A DNA stretch of 61,697 nt from Mycobacterium sp. (lineage in GTDB: Bacteria > Actinomycetota > Actinomycetes > Mycobacteriales > Mycobacteriaceae), in contig DATDLZ010000074.1 in assembly GCA_036519055.1 (NCBI GenBank), positions 1 through 61,697 of the forward strand, given 5' to 3'. This document shows positions 54,658 to 61,697 of the stretch, in pieces. Every line of letters begins with the position of its first letter. Position 1 is the first letter of the stretch. Position numbers and translations under genes: made by a program. A model generated the notes under the pieces. That model saw only the letters and a program-made list of their open reading frames with translations, was not told the DNA's origin and searched no databases.

Positions 54658-54827
54658 GCACCCCCATCGTCGGAGCTTCGGCACTGCACGGCGTATCCGG
54701 TGTTGCACCCGGAAGCCACTTGGGCTCAACCCTTAGGTCGGGAAGAGCTGTCCTGACCCGGGGCGTCTCTCGACGTTCGGGGTCAGTGGCCTGTATCCGC
54801 GCAGACGCCTCACCTACCGAGGTGCTT
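54658..54827 (-). ncRNA. M-box (ykoK leader) Mg2+ riboswitch aptamer
   Basis: Minus strand AAGCACCTCGGTAGGTGAGGC...ACGTCGAGAGACGCC..GGGTCAGGACAG..TAAGG..GTGCCGAAGCTCCGACGATGGGGGTGC has the ykoK signature blocks; P1 GCACCTC/GGGGTGC closes. Confidence 0.9.
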
Positions 54828-54911
54828 GCCGGTCCATCCTCGCACCACTATCAATGCTCGTCAAACATGGTAGAGGCCAATTCTCAGGGCCGCCTGGCTA
54901 GGCTCGACGGC

Positions 54912-55571
54912 ATGGCCACCACACTGCAGGATCCTCGAGTCGCCGAAGCCCTTGAACGGATGTATACCGAGTCACGCGAACAGATGTCGTTGCTGCGCGA
55001 GAGGCGCCCCAACATGTCCGCGGCCAGAACCGTCCAGGAACGCGCCGACGCCATGAGCGAGTTCTACATTCCCGTGACGCCCGAGTCCGGCCAGCTGTTG
55101 TACTCGCTGGTGCGGGCAACCCGTCCGGCGACCGTCGTGGAATTCGGTATGTCGTTTGGCATTTCGGCGCTGCATCTGGCGTCAGCGGTCCGCGACAACG
55201 GCACTGGCCGCGTGGTAACGACCGAGATCAGCGACACCAAGATCGCCGCCGCCAAGAAGACGTTCGCCGAAACCGGGTTGGATGACCTGATCACCGTGCT
55301 GGAAGGCGACGCGCTGAGCACGCTTGCGGATCTGGACGGACCGGTCGACTTCGTCCTGCTCGACGGCTGGAAAGAGCTGTACCTGCCGGTGATCAAGCTG
55401 CTCGAGCCGAAACTGTCTCCCGGAGCCCTTGTCATCGCCGACAACACCGAGAGCGCGGACGCACGGTCTTACCTCGACTACGTCCACAACAGCGAGAACG
55501 GCTACGTGAGTTTCAATTTCGCCGTGCGGGAGAGCGACAGCATGGAACTCAGCTGCCACGCCGGCGTTTAG
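54912..55571 (+). CDS. O-methyltransferase (class I SAM-dependent)
   Basis: VEFGMSFGIS, GDAL, LLDGWK, IADN. Confidence 0.9.
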   Translation: MATTLQDPRVAEALERMYTESREQMSLLRERRPNMSAARTVQERADAMSEFYIPVTPESGQLLYSLVRATRPATVVEFGMSFGISALHLASAVRDNGTGRVVTTEISDTKIAAAKKTFAETGLDDLITVLEGDALSTLADLDGPVDFVLLDGWKELYLPVIKLLEPKLSPGALVIADNTESADARSYLDYVHNSENGYVSFNFAVRESDSMELSCHAGV

Positions 55572-57683
55572 TCACCGCGGGCGTAGCGATTGCTCGAGCC
55601 AGGGCGTCAGCCACTGCACGCCTTCCTCGGTCAAGTGCACGCCGTCGCTGCGGACCTGGATGCCGTCGACTTTGGCGGTGTACGTGCCTTCAGGACACAG
55701 CTTCTTTTTGAAGTCCAGTATCCGCACGTCCGGACGATTGCCAATGGTCTTGCCCAGCATGGCGTTCCATTCGTCCACCCGCTCAGGCTGATCCTCGGGA
55801 TACAGGCTGCCGTCCGGCCGTTCACCGCGCCTGCTGTACGGCAAGTTCGCGACGGTCAACGGCGCACCGCTGAAGCTGAGGATGTCCACCGCACGCCGCA
55901 GCTCGGCGCTGATGTAGGAGTCAAAGGCCGGATCCCCGATGTGAGTCCAGCGTCCCTCATTGACCCGGTTCACGGTCTCCCAGCGGCCGATCACCAGCAG
56001 GACGGCGTCGGGCTGGTCGACGGTGATCTGCGATGTCCACCGGCCCGGCCATGATTCGCACTCGCTTTTCTGGTCCAGGGTCTGGCCGAGGTAGCTGTAC
56101 GGGCCGCCGCGCACCAGGCTGCAGCCGATCACGGTGTGGTCGATGAATTGGAACCCGGGGGTTTGCGGCAGGAAGTGCATCATTGTCCAGCCGATCGAGT
56201 CGCCGAACACCGAAACGGTGAACGGCCGCCGCGGATCTCGCTTCGCGACGGACCGTGCGGGCCGGACTCCTTGTGGAGGCGACGGCGAGACGACCGCGAC
56301 CGGCGACACCCCGGGAGGAAGGCTGGCGTCGAGTGCGCTGACGCCGGGCTTGTGCACGACCGGAACCACCAGCAGCGTCACCGCCGCGGCAGTTGCCGCG
56401 GTCGCTCCGGCCAGCGGCAGCAGCGGCACCCGCACCGGTCGCCACTTTCGGACCGGCTGCTCGATCGCCCACCACGACACCACCGAGACCGCCAGCGTGG
56501 CGGCGCACCGGACAGCGAACAACGAGAGCCCGTGCCATCCGGTTCGCTGACCGTTGAGCACCAGAAAGACCGGCCAATGCCACAGGTAGACGCCGTAGGA
56601 GACGCTGCCCAGCCAGGCCAGCGGACCCCAGGCCAGCACGGTGGCGACAGGCCCGCGCTGATCCAATGCCACCGGCGCGATCACCAACACCGCCGCGACG
56701 GCGACCACGATCAGCAGGCCGCTGCGGAATTCGCGGGCGCTGCCGGTCGCGTAGTGAACGGCCACCCCCAACAACACCAGACCGATCACCGGAAGCCCCC
56801 GGGCGATCCACCTGCCCCACCGCGAACGGATCAGCGACCATCCGCGATTCAGCGACTCCCAATCGTCGACCAGCAACGCCGAAGCCGCGGCGCCCACCAG
56901 CAGCGCCTGGGCCCGGGTATCGGTGCCGAAGTAGACCCGATCGCGTGTTGCATCGGAGGCGAGCAGGATGGCGGCCGCGGCAGAGCCCAGCGCTCCCAGC
57001 GCGGCCAGCACGAACACCGTCAAGCGGACGCCGCCGAGGGTGGCCCGTTTGTCCTGCCGACGCGCTCGCGCCGCCAGCACCACCGCCACCGCGACAAGCA
57101 CCAGCGGCCAGACGATGTAGTACTGCTCCTCCACGCCGAGCGACCAGGCGTGCTGCAGCGGCGACGGCGGCGCACCCTGGGCGAAGTAACCGGTCTTGTC
57201 CGCGACGAACATCCAGTTCGCCACCCAGAAGAATGCGGCGACGGCATCGTCGCGTAAGCCCACGATCGCTTCGGGTGAGAAGAGCTGACGCCCGATTGCC
57301 ACGGTCAGCACCATCAAGACCAGCGCCGGCAGCAACCGGCGGGCCCGACGAATCCAGAAATTCGCCAGGTCGATACGACCGCTGCGGCCCAGCTCGTCCA
57401 GCAGCAGCGAGGTGATCAGGAATCCACTCAGCACGAAAAACACGTCGACGCCGAGGAACCCGCCCGCCATACCGGGGATGCCGCCGTGGTCGGCCAGCAC
57501 CAGCGCGACCGCCACCGCGCGCACGCCATCCAGCGCACGAATACCCGGACGGCGCTCTGGACGGTCACCGTTGTCGCGCGCCCTGCGGGTGGGCAACCGG
57601 CTCGCCGGCGGCGCCGCGACCCAACGGGGCTTCCCAGCAGAATGAACCGGCACGGGGTACGCCCCGGCCGGTTCCATGTTCAC
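55572..57683 (-). CDS. Acyltransferase-3 + SGNH fusion (OatA/OafA-like), Rv0111-like
   Basis: LDGVRAVAV, GVDVFFVLSGFLIT, WSLGVEEQYY, GDS and DGVH SGNH motifs. Confidence 0.92.
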   Translation of the reverse strand: MNMEPAGAYPVPVHSAGKPRWVAAPPASRLPTRRARDNGDRPERRPGIRALDGVRAVAVALVLADHGGIPGMAGGFLGVDVFFVLSGFLITSLLLDELGRSGRIDLANFWIRRARRLLPALVLMVLTVAIGRQLFSPEAIVGLRDDAVAAFFWVANWMFVADKTGYFAQGAPPSPLQHAWSLGVEEQYYIVWPLVLVAVAVVLAARARRQDKRATLGGVRLTVFVLAALGALGSAAAAILLASDATRDRVYFGTDTRAQALLVGAAASALLVDDWESLNRGWSLIRSRWGRWIARGLPVIGLVLLGVAVHYATGSAREFRSGLLIVVAVAAVLVIAPVALDQRGPVATVLAWGPLAWLGSVSYGVYLWHWPVFLVLNGQRTGWHGLSLFAVRCAATLAVSVVSWWAIEQPVRKWRPVRVPLLPLAGATAATAAAVTLLVVPVVHKPGVSALDASLPPGVSPVAVVSPSPPQGVRPARSVAKRDPRRPFTVSVFGDSIGWTMMHFLPQTPGFQFIDHTVIGCSLVRGGPYSYLGQTLDQKSECESWPGRWTSQITVDQPDAVLLVIGRWETVNRVNEGRWTHIGDPAFDSYISAELRRAVDILSFSGAPLTVANLPYSRRGERPDGSLYPEDQPERVDEWNAMLGKTIGNRPDVRILDFKKKLCPEGTYTAKVDGIQVRSDGVHLTEEGVQWLTPWLEQSLRPR

Positions 57684-58076
57684 CTCTCCAGCGCGCCGAC
57701 CGGTTTCCTGGTCGGTGGCTTTGTTGCCGCCGATACTCGGGTGCCCCTCCCTGCTGATGCAGGCGTCAGTTTAGGTGCGCGCAGACCGCATCAGCGGCAG
57801 ACACGGCGCGGCGGAAACCGAAATATGCTGCCGCGCGGCAACTCCGCGTGCGGCAAGAGAATTGGCTCTACGCCGAGCCCGAGTTCGGTTCCGACGGGGG
57901 TCGAACATGGCATCGTTGGCATGCTCGACCGAGATGAACGATGCCATGGTTTCGAACATCGCGACTTCTACTTGTTGACCTTCGCCGGTTTTTCCCAGCG
58001 AAGTGGCGCCATCAGGCTGGTCTACCGCGCCGCCAGACCAGCGACCGGGTCCGCCACGATCGTGCCCGCACGGTTG

Positions 58077-59237
58077 CTAGCTGCTGGCGAAATCGATGAT
58101 TCCGCGAATGTTGCGGCCCTCGCGCAGATCCGCGAACGCTTCGTTGATCTGGTCGAGTTGGTAGTGCTTGGTGACCAGTTCGTCGAGCTTCAAAGCGCCC
58201 GCCTGGTACAACGACAACAGCATCGGCACGCTCGTGCGCGGATTCATTCCGCCGTAGAGCGCTCCTCTGAGTTGCTTGGCCGACAGCGTCATCTCCTGCA
58301 GGACCATCGGCACCGGAGGCTCGGTGAACGGGGTGATCCCGGTGAGTACGCAGATGCCGCCTTTGCGAAGCAAGGCCATCGCCAATGGGATCAAGTCCAC
58401 GTGCACGACGCCGGGGCAGATGACGACGCGATCGGCCATCAGGCCGTCGGTGATCTCCCTCACCAGCGGCACCGCTTCCTCAGCGGATGCTGCGCTGTGC
58501 GTGGCACCGAAGATCTTTGCTGAATCCCGCTTCGACTCAACCGGATCCACCGCGACGACGTATTTGGCGCCAACGGCGCGCGCCCCCTGCAGGGCGTTCA
58601 TCCCGACGCCACCGGCGCCGATGACGACCACGGTGTCGCCGGGTTCGGTGCCTGCTGACACCGTCGCGGAGCCCCAACCGGTACTGACGCCGCACGACAC
58701 GAGCGAGGCGGCGTGGAACGGAATCGCTTCGTCGATCTTGATCACAGACCGTTCCGATAACACCGCATATTCAGCGAAGGTGCCGAGTTGTCCATAGGCC
58801 AGGAGGTTTTCGTCGCCGAGATGCCGGCGACATGTGCCGTCAGTCGGCATTTCCCGGACGAACAAGCTGGCGCCGATGTCGCAGATGTAGCTCTGGCCGT
58901 TGACGCAAAACCGACAACTACCGCACGCGGGGATGAATGACAGCGCAACGTGGTCTCCCGGCTGCACCGCCGTCACTCCCGGACCGACCTCTGCGACTAC
59001 ACCAGCTCCTTCGTGACCACCAAGCAGCGGGAACCAGTCCGGCGCGGGCTGACCGCTCGCGGCCAGCACTTCCGGAGTTGGCACCACGTCGCCGGTGAAC
59101 AGGTGGTCGTCGGAGTGACAGATCCCGGCGACGGCCATCCGCACCAGGACCTCACCGGCGCGGGGCGGATCGAGATCGATTTCATGGATCTCCCAGTCCA
59201 TGCCAACCCCGCGAATCACGGCGGCACGACACTTCAT
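58077..59237 (-). CDS. Zn-dependent alcohol dehydrogenase (NDMA-dependent nicotinoprotein-like)
   Basis: CHSDDH, GHEGAG, CGSCRFC..C, CGVSTGWGS, GAGGVG. Confidence 0.88.
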   Translation of the reverse strand: MKCRAAVIRGVGMDWEIHEIDLDPPRAGEVLVRMAVAGICHSDDHLFTGDVVPTPEVLAASGQPAPDWFPLLGGHEGAGVVAEVGPGVTAVQPGDHVALSFIPACGSCRFCVNGQSYICDIGASLFVREMPTDGTCRRHLGDENLLAYGQLGTFAEYAVLSERSVIKIDEAIPFHAASLVSCGVSTGWGSATVSAGTEPGDTVVVIGAGGVGMNALQGARAVGAKYVVAVDPVESKRDSAKIFGATHSAASAEEAVPLVREITDGLMADRVVICPGVVHVDLIPLAMALLRKGGICVLTGITPFTEPPVPMVLQEMTLSAKQLRGALYGGMNPRTSVPMLLSLYQAGALKLDELVTKHYQLDQINEAFADLREGRNIRGIIDFASS

Positions 59238-60670
59238 TGCGCGGCCTTGTCCGGCGCGAAGCCCAATACGCTTTTTACTTCCAAATACTCGTGGAACCCG
59301 AACTCACTCCACTCTCGACCGTTGCCGCTGCGCTTGTAGCCGCCGAAGGGCGTATTCATGTCGAATGCGTGATTGATGGTCACCCAGCCCGCCCGGATCC
59401 TGCGAGCAATCTGACGCGCCGTGTCGAGGTCGGCCCCGGAAACAAAGCCGGCAAGGCCGTACTCGGTGTCGTTGGCGATCTCGATAGCCTGGTCGATGTC
59501 GTCGTAACCGAGGATGCACAGCACCGGCCCGAAGATCTCTTCACGTGCAATCGTCATGTCGTTTGTGACATGGGCGAAGACGGTCGGCTTGACGTAGTAA
59601 CCCTTGTCCAAATCCGCGGGTCGGCCCGGGCCTCCCACGACCACGGTCGCGCCCTCGTCGACGCCCTTCTGGATCAGGCGCTGCACCTTGTCGAACTGCG
59701 CCCTTGAGGCCACCGGCCCGATAGTCTTCCCTGCGTCTGGCCGGCCCACCGTGACCTGCTCGGCCGCCTCCCGCGCGATGGAAATAGCCTCGGCCATACG
59801 GGAATTCGGGACCAGCATGCGGGTCGGCGCGTTGCAGCTCTGCCCGGAGTTCGGCATCATGTTGGCCACGCCGGCGCTGACGCTCTCGGCAAAGCCGCTG
59901 TCGTCGAGGACGATGTTGGGGCTCTTGCCGCCAAGTTCCTGGGTCACCCGCTTCACGGTCGGGGCGGCAAGCTTGGCCACCTCAACGCCGGCGCGGGTTG
60001 AGCCGGTGAACGACACCATGTCGATGTCGGGATGGCTCGCCAGGGCCACGCCCACGCCCGCGCCGTCGCCGTTGACGAGGTTGAACACCCCGGGCGGCAC
60101 GCCCGCGGCATCCAGGATCTCGGCGAAGATATAGGCCGAAAACGGGGCCACCTCGGAGGGTTTGAGGACGACGGTGCAGCCGGTGGCCAACGCCGGGTAG
60201 ACCTTCACGGCGATCTGGTTGATCGGCCAGTTCCACGGAGTGATCAGCCCGCAGACACCGATGGGCTCCTTGGCGATCAGGCTCTCGCCCTTTTGTTCCT
60301 CGAACGAGAAGTTCTTCAGCACATCGATCGCCTTGGCCAGGTGTCCGATGCCGAGGAAAACCTGCGGCCCCGAGGCCAGCGACGCCGGCGCGCCGATTTC
60401 GTCGGTGACCGCCGCGGCGAGGTCGTCCGCGCGCTTTTGGTATTCGGCGAGGATGGCCTGCAACAGATCTAGGCGCTCTTCGCGGGTGGTCCGCGACCAG
60501 CCGGCGAACGCTCGGCGGGCAGCTTTGACGGCCACGTCGACGTCGGCCGCCGAGCCCAGCGAGATCTTCCCGGACACCTGCTCGGTTGCCGGGTTCTCCA
60601 CGTCGAAAGCATTGGGCTGCAACGGGTCGACCCATTGTCCGTCGATATAGAACTTCAAGTATTCGCGCAT
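59234..60670 (-). CDS. Aldehyde dehydrogenase
   Basis: PWNWP, FTGS, QELGGKS, GQSC, EEIFGP; ATGA coupled to the ADH. Confidence 0.93.
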   Translation of the reverse strand: MREYLKFYIDGQWVDPLQPNAFDVENPATEQVSGKISLGSAADVDVAVKAARRAFAGWSRTTREERLDLLQAILAEYQKRADDLAAAVTDEIGAPASLASGPQVFLGIGHLAKAIDVLKNFSFEEQKGESLIAKEPIGVCGLITPWNWPINQIAVKVYPALATGCTVVLKPSEVAPFSAYIFAEILDAAGVPPGVFNLVNGDGAGVGVALASHPDIDMVSFTGSTRAGVEVAKLAAPTVKRVTQELGGKSPNIVLDDSGFAESVSAGVANMMPNSGQSCNAPTRMLVPNSRMAEAISIAREAAEQVTVGRPDAGKTIGPVASRAQFDKVQRLIQKGVDEGATVVVGGPGRPADLDKGYYVKPTVFAHVTNDMTIAREEIFGPVLCILGYDDIDQAIEIANDTEYGLAGFVSGADLDTARQIARRIRAGWVTINHAFDMNTPFGGYKRSGNGREWSEFGFHEYLEVKSVLGFAPDKAAQ

Positions 60671-60698
60671 AGCCTGCACTCTTCCTTAGTCGTGGCGC

Positions 60699-61697
60699 TT
60701 ACTGGGTGCCTTCGGCATACCAAGTGCGGAATCGGTCGTATTTAGGCATCTCCTCGGAGTTGGCCTTCGGGTCGATGCACACGTGCACCACACCGACTTT
60801 GCCGCTGGCGTAGGCGCGGGCGATGGCCGGTCCGATCTCGTCTTCCTTCTCGACGTACTCGCCGTGGCAGCCGAAGCCCTCCGCGACCTTGTCCATCCGC
60901 ACGTCCTTGCTCCAGTGCACGCCGGGTTGCGGCGACGGCTGCTCGAACGTGCGCTTGTACACGCCCACTTCGAGACCCCACTGATGGTCGACACCCACTA
61001 CGCATACCAGCGGAAGCTGCAGGCGCGCGGCGGTTTCCAATTCAGCGATGTGGAAGAGAAACGCCGAGTCACTGGTCAGCAGCATCACCGGCCGCTTACC
61101 ACCCTCGGCGACCGATGCTCCGACCGCGTACGGCAATCCGGTACCGAGGTGGCCGAAGTTCTGGTTCCAGATGACGTCCCGCGGCTTGGACTGCGAGTAG
61201 GTCCACTGGAAGATGACGGTCGCGCCGCCATCGCGGACCAGGATGCCGTCCTCGAGATCGTTGAACGCCTTAGTGGCCTCAACCACATAGCGCGCCGGAT
61301 GAATCGGCGAACGTCCCGACGGCGCACTCACGGCAAGCTGCGCGAGTTCCTCGGCGTCGGCGTTGACCAACTTCTCGAGGTTGGCGGACGGGGTGCGCGG
61401 CGTATCCCGAAGCGCGTCGACCAGCTGCGGCACGACGCCGCGCAAATCGCCCACAAGCGGCACGTCGAACTGGCGGTTGACGCCGATGGCGGCTGGGTCC
61501 TGCTCGACATACACCCACTTGCGATTCGCATCGTTGTCTGCCCAATGCTGGGTCCGGCCGTAGTGCATGGGCTCACCTAGTTCGGTTCCCAGCGCGACGC
61601 ACAGGTCGGATTCCTCGACTGCCTCGTTGGCGGCCGGGGAGAACAGGTAAGGGAATGTTCGATCCTGCAGACCCGGGATGTACGACGTACCCCCGGA
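60699..61697 (-). CDS. Thiamine-diphosphate-dependent enzyme (acetolactate synthase/lyase superfamily), 5' truncated by window
   Basis: Open frame to the window end; GHLGTGLPYAVGA, variant ThDP motif SDSAF...DHQWG. Confidence 0.88.
   Translation of the reverse strand, partial: SGGTSYIPGLQDRTFPYLFSPAANEAVEESDLCVALGTELGEPMHYGRTQHWADNDANRKWVYVEQDPAAIGVNRQFDVPLVGDLRGVVPQLVDALRDTPRTPSANLEKLVNADAEELAQLAVSAPSGRSPIHPARYVVEATKAFNDLEDGILVRDGGATVIFQWTYSQSKPRDVIWNQNFGHLGTGLPYAVGASVAEGGKRPVMLLTSDSAFLFHIAELETAARLQLPLVCVVGVDHQWGLEVGVYKRTFEQPSPQPGVHWSKDVRMDKVAEGFGCHGEYVEKEDEIGPAIARAYASGKVGVVHVCIDPKANSEEMPKYDRFRTWYAEGTQ

Noticed and set aside
54533-54736. 67-aa plus-strand ORF ending RKPLGLNP
   Set aside because: It is antisense to the M-box; any conservation (it recalls the end of Rv1805c) is explained by the RNA element

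Overview
GC-rich chromosomal segment from a slow-growing non-tuberculous Mycobacterium (inferred). It is collinear, in reverse, with M. tuberculosis Rv0153c (ptpB) to Rv0111, based on recalled protein sequences and gene order rather than a database search. The backbone includes ptpB, a PE-PPE hydrolase, Rv0149-Rv0138 orthologs, msrA, cyp138, ephF, fadE1, htdZ, fbpC, mak, treS, pepA, fusA2, ldtA and an acyltransferase-SGNH gene. Accessory blocks are interleaved: pirin plus dps, a complete stand-alone mce1/mce2-type operon, an HxlR-MFS-NmrA-methyltransferase cassette, a DesA3-like desaturase unit, MarR-ABM and MarR-ABC units, and a ThDP enzyme-ALDH-ADH operon. The most notable non-annotated element is a minus-strand M-box (ykoK, Mg2+) riboswitch at about 54658-54827. 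It has no visible terminator but a plausible translational switch, and precedes a 26-aa leader peptide and a 108-aa orphan rather than a Mg2+ transporter. Several operator and promoter motifs (KstR, SigF x2, SigH, TetR/MarR palindromes) are directly visible. No tRNA, rRNA, CRISPR array or transposase was seen.
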